Assembly: GCA_001770205.1 (NCBI GenBank)
Contig: MEQL01000044.1
Coordinates: forward strand, 62,001 to 94,357
Source: Bdellovibrionales bacterium RIFOXYD12_FULL_39_22
GTDB taxonomy: Bacteria; Bdellovibrionota; Bacteriovoracia; Bacteriovoracales; Bacteriovoracaceae
DNA length: 32,357 nt
Direction: 5' to 3'
Made by a program: the position numbers and the translations under genes. Under the pieces are notes generated by a model. The model did no database searches. It was not told where the DNA came from and saw only the letters and a list, made by a program, of their open reading frames with translations. Within the stretch, counting starts at the first letter, position 1, and each line of letters starts with the position of its first letter. Below, piece after piece: positions 1 to 9,068 of this stretch.

Positions 1-521
1 TAAGTTAGATCATTTTTTAAAATATCTAAATTGCGATCAATGCAAGAGGTGCGGACGATTAACCCACTACCTTCTGGAACATCTAACTGTTCGGTTATCT
101 CTTTTAGACGACTTCGCTCTTCTCCTTGAATTTTTCGAGAGATGCCAATTTTATTATTGGAGATGGGCATGAAGACCAAATATTTTCCTGGTAATCCGAT
201 ATTGGTAGTCAGATAAGCACCTTTGGTGCCGCGTTCATCTTTTTGTATTTGAATAACCAATTTCTGATGTGGCCTAACTTTTTCATTTGGATAGATGCGG
301 CGAATATCATCAAGAGGTATGAAACCGCGCTTATCTTTGCCGTAGTCAACGAAGGCAGCATTAAGAGCATGGGCAATATTTTCAATTATTCCGATATAAA
401 TGTTAGACTTGTTATCTTCGTTGTATCGTGACTCCATCTGAAAATCTACAAGATAGTTGTCGTTGACCATGGCCACTCGAATCTCTTCTTGCTGAGTGGC
501 ATTTATTAAAATATGCTTCAT
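1..521 (-). CDS. rne: Ribonuclease E (Rne/Rng family), N-terminal part; runs off the window start
   Basis: Manual minus-strand translation from ATG at 521: MKHILINATQQEEIRVAMV...SNIYIGIIENIAHALNAAFVDYGKDKRGFIPL...IQIQKDERGTKGAYLTTNIGLPGKYLVFMP...GISRKI...GLIVRT, which closely follows the RNase E N-terminus (MKRMLINATQQEELRVALV...AAFVDYG...KEERGNKGAALTT). Frame is open to the window edge. Confidence 0.92.
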   Translation of the reverse strand, partial: MKHILINATQQEEIRVAMVNDNYLVDFQMESRYNEDNKSNIYIGIIENIAHALNAAFVDYGKDKRGFIPLDDIRRIYPNEKVRPHQKLVIQIQKDERGTKGAYLTTNIGLPGKYLVFMPISNNKIGISRKIQGEERSRLKEITEQLDVPEGSGLIVRTSCIDRNLDILKNDLT

Positions 522-661
522 AATTTTCCCGTTATCGTACTAATCTATTATCCTACTATTTTGTTTCTGCGTGGGATTTATCTCTTTTTTGTAGTACTCA
601 GACCTTACCAGAATTGCCTTCATTTTACAAACAACCTTTATGAAGTTACATTATTATTAAT

Positions 662-1153
662 ATGCAAAACAAAAATAAACAAAAAAATAAAGATAGATCC
701 ATTTTTGAAATTGTAGGTAAGCGTGAACGAGATATTCGCCAAACAATTGTTAATGCGGAGGCGATGAAGGATTTTGGAGATGTTTTTGGAAAAAAAATTT
801 TAATTGTAGATGATGATCAAGCTTTCACTGATTTTGTCGTTCATAGTTTAAAAAGTTTTGGCCTTTTTGAAGTCAAGAGCGCCTCCGATGCGGGATGGGG
901 AATTAAGAAATTTATTGATGAAGTCCCAGATCTTTTAATTATCGATATTTTTTTACCACAGACAGATGGACTAAAGTTGGCCAAGGCCATGTTGGCCCTT
1001 TATGAGAGAGAGTTTCCTATTTTATTTGTCTCGGCCAATAAAAGTTTTGGGCGAGAAATTGAAGAAAGTGGTTTTGCTGCTAAGTATAAGTTTTTGGCAA
1101 AACCAATTAATAAAGAGTTATTGAAAGAATATGTTACCGAACTCCTAAGATAG
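662..1153 (+). CDS. Response regulator, single receiver domain with about 44-aa N-terminal extension
   Basis: ILIVDDD, LLIID(phosphoacceptor)IFLPQTDG, FVSA and LAKP receiver motifs. Confidence 0.88.
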   Translation: MQNKNKQKNKDRSIFEIVGKRERDIRQTIVNAEAMKDFGDVFGKKILIVDDDQAFTDFVVHSLKSFGLFEVKSASDAGWGIKKFIDEVPDLLIIDIFLPQTDGLKLAKAMLALYEREFPILFVSANKSFGREIEESGFAAKYKFLAKPINKELLKEYVTELLR

Positions 1154-1163
1154 TGAGTGTCTG

Positions 1164-1847
1164 ATGTCGATTAAAGGCCGTGATATTTTAATGATAGATG
1201 ATGATCCCTCTATCACCGCGCTTGTTGGAAAAGTGTTAGAAAATGTCGGTCTGCTTTTTCGAATTGCCACTGGATTAGAGCAAGCGTTCTATTCGCTCAG
1301 AGTACAGATCCCACATTTGATAATTTTAGATTTAATGTTAGGCAATGAAGAGAGTGGACTAACTTTTTTAGAAAGACGAAGATTAGATCCTCAATTAAAT
1401 GCTATTCCAGTTATAATTTTGAGTGCAGTGAAAGAAAAAAAAGTGGTTAATCGGGCACTATCTTATGAAGGGGTCGATTATTTACTAAAACCTCTGAATG
1501 CAAAGTTATTGCTACAACGAGTTCGTAAAAATTTATTAGGGGTGGCCGCCAAGCGAGTTGTTTTTGCTGATGAAGATCGGCCAGCGGTCTTGGCCCAAAT
1601 TGATGGACAAGTTGAATCAATCAATGAAGTATCTTGTACGGTATTGGCCGGTATGAAAATGCAAGTGGACGCACCAGTTAAGATTAAATCTAGTTTTTTT
1701 GAAAACTTTTTTGGTGATAATGTACAATTTATCACAATGGGGCAGAGTGAATTTGTTGAAGATGGGCAGTTTCGGGCCAGAATATTATTTCGTGGAATTA
1801 CTGAAGAACAGGCGAGGAAAATAAGGTTAGCAAAGTGGAAGAAGTAA
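1164..1847 (+). CDS. Response regulator: receiver plus degenerate PilZ-like C-terminal domain
   Basis: LMIDDD, LIILDLML, ILSA, LLKP; beta-rich C-terminus with SINEVS and a terminal F-x(n)-helix. PilZ-like call is inference. Confidence 0.82.
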   Translation: MSIKGRDILMIDDDPSITALVGKVLENVGLLFRIATGLEQAFYSLRVQIPHLIILDLMLGNEESGLTFLERRRLDPQLNAIPVIILSAVKEKKVVNRALSYEGVDYLLKPLNAKLLLQRVRKNLLGVAAKRVVFADEDRPAVLAQIDGQVESINEVSCTVLAGMKMQVDAPVKIKSSFFENFFGDNVQFITMGQSEFVEDGQFRARILFRGITEEQARKIRLAKWKK

Positions 1848-2569
1848 AGAGTGAAAAAATATTTATTATCTCCATTGATGATGATGTCGATTTTAATTTG
1901 TTATTATCAAATAGGTTAAAAAATCATGGGATTAAAATTATAACCACTTCTACGGCCATCGAATTTGCTGATACCTTAAAAAGTAATCCCACTCCTGATC
2001 TTTGTATTGTGGATTTGAATTTAACGGAAAGGCCTGGCGCTGGATTAACCTTGATAGAAGCTATGACGATAAAATATCCACAGTTGCCCATTTTTGTCAT
2101 GTCTCGCCGACGTGATGGAGCAGATATTATTGCCGCCTTAGAGGCCGGGGCATTAGATTATCTTTCAAAGCCGTTGGATGTTGATTTACTGCTTTCTAAA
2201 ATTGAGCACAATCTTAAAACAAAAGTGGAAAATTTTGTTCAATTACCGCTGTTAAAAATTGCCAATTTTGCCTCTAATTGTACTTTGTTTGCCAATTTTA
2301 AAATTAGAGAAATTAATGAGTTTGGAATAATCTTGGATTGTGTGAACTTTATGGCCAAAGGGGCGATGGTAAAACTATTTGGAGAAATAATCTCTGAAAT
2401 TTTTCAAGAAGAGTCAGTGCTGCTGCGAGTGCATGATGTTACTCTCCAGCGTGAAACTGGCCGTTTTTATAGTTTTTTAGAGTTTGCTTCCGAAGATCAG
2501 CGTTTAAATCAAAGCGTGCGGAATTGGTTGGATGACCAACTCGGATCAGGTATTTTGCAAAAATCTTAA
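1835..2569 (+). CDS. Response regulator: receiver plus degenerate PilZ-like C-terminal domain
   Basis: ISIDDD, LCIVDLNL, VMS, GALDYLSKP; C-terminal EINEFGIIL...LEF...VRNWL. GTG start overlaps the upstream gene. Confidence 0.82.
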   Translation: MEEVKSEKIFIISIDDDVDFNLLLSNRLKNHGIKIITTSTAIEFADTLKSNPTPDLCIVDLNLTERPGAGLTLIEAMTIKYPQLPIFVMSRRRDGADIIAALEAGALDYLSKPLDVDLLLSKIEHNLKTKVENFVQLPLLKIANFASNCTLFANFKIREINEFGIILDCVNFMAKGAMVKLFGEIISEIFQEESVLLRVHDVTLQRETGRFYSFLEFASEDQRLNQSVRNWLDDQLGSGILQKS

Positions 2570-2576
2570 ATAGTTT

Positions 2577-4052
2577 TTAGTAAAAATTTCCGGTGGATAT
2601 TTTTTCTAGTGCAATAAAAGGCATGTCATAGCGATATTTCTTTATCCAATTTTCTGAAAGGCAGGCATGTCCTCCCTTGCCCCAACCAATGCCCCAGCTA
2701 TTGGCGGTAATCAAGCAGAATGTTCCTTCGCTACTATGTAGCTTGGGAGGCAGTTTCATATACCCCACAAGTAGCAGAGCATGTCCCTCAGCATGACTAT
2801 CTAGTGTTGCCGATTTCCCTTCTGGATTATTTATAAAGACGTAACCATTATTATTGTAAAAGCTCTCTGATAATTTAAAACCTGCAATTACTGGAGTATT
2901 GTTTTTTAGGGCGCTAATAATTTCTGCGGAAGATCTAATCTCTGAAAAGTTAACCACTTTGGCATAACCACGTTGACACGATTCAGAAAGTGGCGTCAGG
3001 GTAACATTGTTGCTATTGCCACTCGCGTTGTATGGACAGTCAGAAGACTTGGGAATATCTGGGCGAGAGGATTTTTTACTTTGCTGAAACTCTGCTAGAA
3101 CCCATGATCCTTGTTGTGGACAAGGCGAACTTTGACATTTTGGCTTGCTGGCCCAAAAAAAGTATTGCTCCGAAAGTCTATTTTTATCTTGCTGTCTGGC
3201 CAATAAAATTTCGATGGCCCGCACACCAGCAAAAGAGGCACAGGTGGGCCGTTTTCCCTGATCTTTAGTCTCCGCAAAAAAGGCACTATCTATAACGTGG
3301 TAATCTTCAAAGACCGGCATCTTTATCTCTTGTACGATGGCAGTAGGCAGCGGAGTAGCAGTGCTAATAGGGGGAGGCGTTGGAGTGTTTTTTGTGGAAG
3401 GCGTGAGTGGGGAAGGCGTGGGGGCCGTGACTACTGGAGCAACTTCTTCTTTAGGAATGGGAGGTAGATTTTTTTTGTATTCAGGAATTCTTTTTATATA
3501 CTTACCTTTTTCTTCAAGCCATTTTGCTAGTAGCTTTTTTTTCTCTTCCTGCCATACTTCAATCTCTTTTTTCTTTTCTTCTTCCCATTTATCAATTTCT
3601 GCTAGCTTGGAGTCCATCCAATCTTCGTTATTTTCAGCAGAAGAGGAACGTTTTGACATCATTGCATTCATCTGATTTTTTTTATCATTGGCCTGACGTT
3701 CTTTGAGTCTCTGTCTATTTTGTTCCAGCATGGCCTGAATTTTTGATTGGCCAGCACTAGGAGTGGGGGCCTTGGTAGGTTCTTTGTTAGCAATTAAAGG
3801 TTTCTTTATGGGAGTAGGTGTTACAGGGCCAGAACGGTTACCATTTTTGTCATCTAAAGGAGGTAGATCTTTTTTTTCTGGTTCAATAACAACCTTCTTT
3901 ATACTTCCTTCTAGTTTGAAATCCTTTTCAATGGCATTTTGAATCTCTTCTAAAATAACCAATTTCTTTTTTTCTTCGAAGGAGCTATCAGAGGCGTAGG
4001 TGTTAGCAGTTAGAACAAAGACGAGGACGCAGAAGATAGTTTTTAAACTCAA
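2577..4052 (-). CDS. Secreted papain-like cysteine peptidase (family C1) with long low-complexity/coiled-coil N-terminal region
   Basis: Signal peptide ending TYA; catalytic motifs DQGKRPTCASFA (Gln, Cys), LSEQY, GHALLLVGY (His), NSWGIGWGKGGH (Asn). TTG start. Confidence 0.9.
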   Translation of the reverse strand: MSLKTIFCVLVFVLTANTYASDSSFEEKKKLVILEEIQNAIEKDFKLEGSIKKVVIEPEKKDLPPLDDKNGNRSGPVTPTPIKKPLIANKEPTKAPTPSAGQSKIQAMLEQNRQRLKERQANDKKNQMNAMMSKRSSSAENNEDWMDSKLAEIDKWEEEKKKEIEVWQEEKKKLLAKWLEEKGKYIKRIPEYKKNLPPIPKEEVAPVVTAPTPSPLTPSTKNTPTPPPISTATPLPTAIVQEIKMPVFEDYHVIDSAFFAETKDQGKRPTCASFAGVRAIEILLARQQDKNRLSEQYFFWASKPKCQSSPCPQQGSWVLAEFQQSKKSSRPDIPKSSDCPYNASGNSNNVTLTPLSESCQRGYAKVVNFSEIRSSAEIISALKNNTPVIAGFKLSESFYNNNGYVFINNPEGKSATLDSHAEGHALLLVGYMKLPPKLHSSEGTFCLITANSWGIGWGKGGHACLSENWIKKYRYDMPFIALEKISTGNFY

Positions 4053-4250
4053 GCAAAATCTCCGGTTGAAGCAATTCTAATTTAAATCAAGAAAGGATAA
4101 AGCAAAGAGTTTGATTTTAAAAGAAGATATAAGTTGATTAAAATAATACGATAATGGCATGTTTTGCGATTATTGATTTGTAATTTATAAAGAGATCGAC
4201 TAGCATTGTTCAAAATATCCCCAACATTTTACCAACCGATGAGGTAGTAA

Positions 4251-5093
4251 TTGAAAAAAATTAGTGTGCTTGTTGCGTTTTTATTTGGGTTTTTCGGCGA
4301 TACAGTTTTTGCAGAGTCGATAGATATCGCTAAAGCAATTTTTGTAAAAGGGCGTGTCTACTTTCTCTGTACCTCAAATCCAACAGACAAAGAGCAGCGA
4401 CTGAAAAAAGATATGGCACTCCAGGATGGATGCAGCATTGTTGTTAAAGCGTCTAAAGATAATTCTGGCCTGGCCATTATCGGCTTCGGAGAAAATTTTA
4501 GTTCAAAGATGAAAATAACTGAAGAGTCTAAAGTGACAATTAGTCGAAAAACGCATGGTACAGTAGGGGCCGCAGATTACCGTAAAATTGACAGTATGGT
4601 GGTGGGAGCGGGAAATTTACTAATAAACTATGTTAATTCCGATAAGGAAAAAAATAAACTAGAAGTAAAAACAGCGAAGGCATCTTTGGGGGTAAGAGGG
4701 ACGGAGTTTTTTACCTATGTAGATAAAAATGGCAACACCTCCATGACGGTTGATTCGGGAGTAGTGTCGGTGGCCGGAACGGAGGCCTCTGCCTCTGGAG
4801 AGAGCGGCATTATGGTGGAAAAAGGCAAAGGAACAATTGTGGCAGAAGATGGAACCGTACCAATGGCCAAAGAACTTGCCTGGAGTAAAGAAGTTAATTG
4901 GAAGGTCGATCCACAAGAAGGAGAGTTAAAACATAGCACTTCTCTTTTTGCTTCCATCGAAGAGCAATACAAAGAGTGGAACAAAGAAATTGAAGCACAA
5001 AAAAAACGGTACCAAGAGGATATTGATGCGCAGAAAAAAAATATAGAGGATGATTTAGAAGAACAAAAGAAGGCACTTTGGGGGGATGGCTGA
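4251..5093 (+). CDS. Exported FecR-domain protein with charged C-terminal helical tail
   Basis: Signal peptide ending VFA; FecR-type VKTAKASLGVRGTEF and VDSGVVSV motifs; GAGGT RBS before TTG. Confidence 0.8.
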   Translation: MKKISVLVAFLFGFFGDTVFAESIDIAKAIFVKGRVYFLCTSNPTDKEQRLKKDMALQDGCSIVVKASKDNSGLAIIGFGENFSSKMKITEESKVTISRKTHGTVGAADYRKIDSMVVGAGNLLINYVNSDKEKNKLEVKTAKASLGVRGTEFFTYVDKNGNTSMTVDSGVVSVAGTEASASGESGIMVEKGKGTIVAEDGTVPMAKELAWSKEVNWKVDPQEGELKHSTSLFASIEEQYKEWNKEIEAQKKRYQEDIDAQKKNIEDDLEEQKKALWGDG

Positions 5094-5143
5094 GTAATGC
5101 CATCTACTTCTTGCCGTGAGTCAACAATGACAAAGGAGAATTT

Positions 5144-5788
5144 ATGCAAAAGTTGTTATCATTGGTTTTAGTTTTAGGAATGGTGGCGGCCATCAATGTT
5201 GGATGTTCATCCAAAGGTAAGGATGGAGAAGAGAGAGAACTGTTAAAGCAATACACCGTGGTGGACGCGGAGTATGCGGCGCTTCCTGGTTGGATTGCTG
5301 AGCCTCAGGCCTGGGCAGAAAGAGAAGATAGTGATGATTATAAGACATATAGATATTTTGTCTCCACTTCGGAAATGGCAGCGAGCAAAAGACTATGTCA
5401 GAAATCTAGTGAGGCACAAGCTGCGGCCAAAATTGCAGGAGAGATTACTCAGTTTATTAAAAACAGTTATGCGCAATCACTACAGGGTGCGCAAGATGAA
5501 GAGGTTACTTCATATATGGAAGATACTTTGGCGCAAGAAATTCAGAGTTTTCTAGTGGGAGTTGTTCAGCACCGAACATATTGGGAAGAGCGTAAGTATA
5601 CCAAAGAGTTGGGCGCTTCCGAAAATAAAGGTGGATTTGTTTGTTCAGCACTTCTAAAAGTTAAAAAAGAGACTATCGAAAAATCAATTGAGCGAGCGAT
5701 GAAAAAACTTTTCTCTAGTGTAACCACCAATCCAGATTCCAAAACAAAAGCAGTGGAAGCATTAAAGGATGTTGAGAAGAAGTTTTAA
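5144..5788 (+). CDS. Lipoprotein, LPP20-like
   Basis: Lipobox-like NVGC; P-x-W motif, AQAAAKIA helix, LVGV...YWE strand pattern; AAGGAG RBS. Confidence 0.7.
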   Translation: MQKLLSLVLVLGMVAAINVGCSSKGKDGEERELLKQYTVVDAEYAALPGWIAEPQAWAEREDSDDYKTYRYFVSTSEMAASKRLCQKSSEAQAAAKIAGEITQFIKNSYAQSLQGAQDEEVTSYMEDTLAQEIQSFLVGVVQHRTYWEERKYTKELGASENKGGFVCSALLKVKKETIEKSIERAMKKLFSSVTTNPDSKTKAVEALKDVEKKF

Positions 5789-5836
5789 CAAATTACCTAT
5801 TTTATATATACAAAGAAATAGGTGTGGAGAGTTACT

Positions 5837-6763
5837 GTGAAAACACTACTATTGTTAGTAATGGCCTGGATGGGTTCTTTTGCCTTTGCGGAAGAACCTG
5901 GTTGGGTAAAGGCACCCGATAAGAATTGTAAAAGCAGTCAACTGTGCGCAGTTGGAGTCGGCGATGGACGTAGTTTGGCCGAGGCGGATGCCAGAAGTGG
6001 GATAGCTAAAATTTTTGAAACAAAAATCAAGGCCACTTTTACCCAAAACACTTCTTCAAATAACAACGATGTATCCACCAATATGTCGGAAGAGATTATG
6101 GAAGAGGTAAATCAAAGCATTGAGGGAATTGAAATTAAGGATACCTACGAGAGTAAAACGGAGTTTTTTGCTTTGGCCATTTTGGATAAAAACAAGGCCT
6201 CTTTAGGTTTTCGCACCAAGATTAAAGAACTTGATGATAAGATAAAAACTTTCATTGCGGATAACTCGGCCAAATCGATTCGTTTGGCCGGAAAACATTT
6301 GCAAACAAGAGAGCAGTTAAATTATCGTTTGCAGTTTCTTTCGGGAAGTGGCATCCCCGCTCCAGTTAGTTATGATGAAATTTTCAAAAAGAAAAAAGCA
6401 TCAACTGCCGGAGTTATTTTGGCGATAAAGATAGAGGCCCCGGAACCAAATGAGATCGAGGCCCTAGTAACTACACTGTTGTCAGAGATGGGCTACAAAG
6501 TTGTAAAAAGTGAGGGAGAGACGGCCACTCATACCGTTTCAGGAAAATTTACCTCAGAGAAGCAATTTTTAAATGTAGAGGGTTTTGAAAAGCATAAATT
6601 TGTTTTGCATATTATTGCAGCAAATAAGAAAGGTGAAAAAAGTGGAAGCATTGATTACAGCTTAGTGCGCACTGGCCGTGATTATGTACAGGCCTTGGAG
6701 AATTCACTGCCGCTTTTTAGAGACTATTTGAATGAGAATCTTGCAGGTTTGAATATTGAATAA
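5837..6763 (+). CDS. Exported LPP20-family domain protein
   Basis: GGAGA RBS favours GTG 5837 over 5822; signal peptide ending AFA; PGWV...AVGVG...AEADARSGIAKIF...IEGIEI...FFALAILDK pattern. Confidence 0.72.
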   Translation: MKTLLLLVMAWMGSFAFAEEPGWVKAPDKNCKSSQLCAVGVGDGRSLAEADARSGIAKIFETKIKATFTQNTSSNNNDVSTNMSEEIMEEVNQSIEGIEIKDTYESKTEFFALAILDKNKASLGFRTKIKELDDKIKTFIADNSAKSIRLAGKHLQTREQLNYRLQFLSGSGIPAPVSYDEIFKKKKASTAGVILAIKIEAPEPNEIEALVTTLLSEMGYKVVKSEGETATHTVSGKFTSEKQFLNVEGFEKHKFVLHIIAANKKGEKSGSIDYSLVRTGRDYVQALENSLPLFRDYLNENLAGLNIE

Positions 6764-6780
6764 ACAAAAGGAGAAGTTCG

Positions 6781-7401
6781 ATGAAAAAGGGATTAGCGTT
6801 ATTAGTGTTGGTGAGTTTTTTGCTGGGGCTACAAGGATGCGGGAGTAATTTCAAGGCCCAACGAGTGTCAGCCGATGAGTCAGATGAAAAGGCCTTAGAG
6901 ATTACCGATAAATGGATTCAGCGTGATACTGAAAATGCTATTAAAGATGTATTACAAAAATTTTCCGCCCATAAGGGGCTACAGCGCTATTTAGGAAAAT
7001 TGGGACGGCAACCTAAGCTTTTTATTAGCAGCGTGCAAAATGAGACTTCCGAAGCATATTTCCCAATTGATGATATGAACGATAAATTATTAGATGAGTT
7101 TTCTAGCTCTGGGGATTACATTTTAATTGATGCTGCGGCCCGCGATAAAATTTTGGCAGAGATTACTTATCAAAATGATGGGATGGTTGATCCAGCGCAG
7201 GCCAAGATGATTGGTAAGCAATCTGGGGCGGATATTTTAATTTTTGGTGCAGTTCGTATGAAGCCAGAGGCAAGAGATGGAAAAACTCTCAAGCAGTACT
7301 CGGTAAATTTGCGTATGACCAATTTAGAGACGGCAGAAGAAGTTTGCCGTGTTAGGTTTGAGGCCAGCAAATATTCTGAGCAAAAAGGTTCTGGCTGGTA
7401 G
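6781..7401 (+). CDS. LpoB-like (penicillin-binding protein activator / CsgG-fold) lipoprotein
   Basis: Lipobox LQGC; VQNETSE-x-x-x-ID, EITYQNDGMVDPAQAKMIGKQSGAD and LRMTNLETAE motifs typical of the LpoB-like family; AAGGAG RBS. Confidence 0.82.
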   Translation: MKKGLALLVLVSFLLGLQGCGSNFKAQRVSADESDEKALEITDKWIQRDTENAIKDVLQKFSAHKGLQRYLGKLGRQPKLFISSVQNETSEAYFPIDDMNDKLLDEFSSSGDYILIDAAARDKILAEITYQNDGMVDPAQAKMIGKQSGADILIFGAVRMKPEARDGKTLKQYSVNLRMTNLETAEEVCRVRFEASKYSEQKGSGW

Positions 7402-7435
7402 AATTTAGATAATAGCATAGTTATTTTTATCTAAA

Positions 7436-7463
7436 GGCCAGCAGAAAGTGCTGGCCTTTTTTT
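7436..7463 (+). terminator. Rho-independent terminator-like hairpin between the LpoB-like and COG3014 genes
   Basis: GGCCAGCA (7436-7443), loop GAAAG, TGCTGGCC (7449-7456), then T7 (7457-7463). Confidence 0.75.
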
Positions 7464-7475
7464 ATTGGAGTTTAT

Positions 7476-9044
7476 GTGATTAACATATTGGTTAAATATA
7501 CTGCTGGCCTAATGTTTGCCTCGTTTTTTCTCGGACTTTTTGGTTGTGCTAGTACCTCGCAAAAAACCGTTTTAGAAGTTAAGTCGTTGGTTCGTGAACG
7601 ACAATTTGAAAAGGCACTTGCCATTATTGAAAGCGATAATTTTTATCCAGAAGAGAGATCTAAATTGCTAAAACTTCTAGAGGATGGCACTGTTCGCTAT
7701 TTTGCGGGCCACTACTATCAGGCCTCTAAATTGTTTTATGAGGCACAGGAGTTGAGTAACAAATTATATACGGTTAGTATCAGCAAAAAAGCGCTAACCG
7801 GTCTGGCCAATGATAGTGCGGATAACTATTATGGCGAACTCTATGAACGTTCATTGATTCGTTTCTACTTTTCACTTTCTAATTTTATGCTTTATCAAAC
7901 GGCAACATATGAGGCACATAGTGAAAAGATAGCAGGGCCAGATGGTAAGCTAATTGAAGGCAAACTTATTCCCGAAAAAAAATTAAGCGAGGGAGAACGC
8001 AGGGTTCATCTGTTTGCTGCTAAAGCGGCCATCGTAGAGTGGGATTCTCTTTTAGAAAACTACAAAAGCGAGCATGCCGGAAAATCGGCGTATAAAGTGG
8101 ATTTGACAGCAAAAATATATGGGGCCTTTATTCATGAGCAGTTTAATTCCAATACTGATAATCAGATAGCGTTGCAATTATACAAAGATGCCAAAGAGGT
8201 ATTATTCAAAAATTATAATACCTATGGAACCTTTAATAGTTCTGAGGAAGCATTTCGCGAAAATTTTTCTAAATTTCCCACCATGGAGCGTGCGGAAGTT
8301 GAGAAAAATTTTGTTCGACCGACTATTCACGCTAAGGATTTGTTAGACTTTATTGACGGAAGAATCGCCAGACTATCCTCTAAAGAGCAAAATGCGGAAG
8401 TGGCAGTGTTGATTCAAAATGATTCGCTTACCGATAAAAGTGAATCAGAAGTTAAGTTACCCATTGATTTAGGCGTCAATATGGGAGCAGATGCAAAAAG
8501 TTTCGGCCAATTTGTCTCTATGGTTTTTTCTTCAGGCCGAGGAGGCATTTTAGATATTGCTTTTAAATTACCAAATGTTGCAAAAAAAATAACGACCGAA
8601 AGGATGGAGTTAGTGGCCAAGGAGAAAAGTGGTAAAGAGTACAAGGTTGCTCTGGCCATTGTTAATCCACTGTCTGATTTGGCCTACGAGGCCTTCAAAA
8701 ATAGTATTGGGGCCATTACCGCCAAAACTACTGCTAGAATTGCCGCCAAATATGTCGCTGCCTTAATGATTGCCTATAATACTTACAAGCATGATCAAGC
8801 GGCCGGATTAGGGGCGGGTATTTTGGCCAGGATGTCGATTAATGCTTCGGAAGGGGCCGATTTGCGTTATTGGTCAACGCTGCCGCATGATTTGCGTTTT
8901 GCAATAATGGATCTTCCGCCTGGGGAGTATGAATTTTTTGTAAATCATATCTCCAATCAAAATAAGATTTCTACAACCTTGTTGGGGAAACAGAGTATAA
9001 ATGAGCGCAAGAGTGATCTTTTTATTCCAGCAAAAGTTAATTGA
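7476..9044 (+). CDS. COG3014-family helical-repeat lipoprotein
   Basis: Lipobox LFGC; NYYGELYE motif; C-terminal ADLRYWSTLP...LPPGEY signature; usual neighbour of LpoB-like/LPP20 genes. Confidence 0.8.
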   Translation: MINILVKYTAGLMFASFFLGLFGCASTSQKTVLEVKSLVRERQFEKALAIIESDNFYPEERSKLLKLLEDGTVRYFAGHYYQASKLFYEAQELSNKLYTVSISKKALTGLANDSADNYYGELYERSLIRFYFSLSNFMLYQTATYEAHSEKIAGPDGKLIEGKLIPEKKLSEGERRVHLFAAKAAIVEWDSLLENYKSEHAGKSAYKVDLTAKIYGAFIHEQFNSNTDNQIALQLYKDAKEVLFKNYNTYGTFNSSEEAFRENFSKFPTMERAEVEKNFVRPTIHAKDLLDFIDGRIARLSSKEQNAEVAVLIQNDSLTDKSESEVKLPIDLGVNMGADAKSFGQFVSMVFSSGRGGILDIAFKLPNVAKKITTERMELVAKEKSGKEYKVALAIVNPLSDLAYEAFKNSIGAITAKTTARIAAKYVAALMIAYNTYKHDQAAGLGAGILARMSINASEGADLRYWSTLPHDLRFAIMDLPPGEYEFFVNHISNQNKISTTLLGKQSINERKSDLFIPAKVN

Positions 9045-9068
9045 GGCAAAAGTAGTGGCCCAAGTTTT

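Noticed and set aside
243..716. Short plus-strand ORFs 243..431 and 513..716
   Set aside because: The first is antisense to rne; the second overlaps rne and the response regulator and has no recognisable motif.
4155..4167. TGGCATGTTTTGC as a sigma54 promoter (similar sequence near 19025)
   Set aside because: GG-to-GC spacing is 8 nt rather than the required 10.
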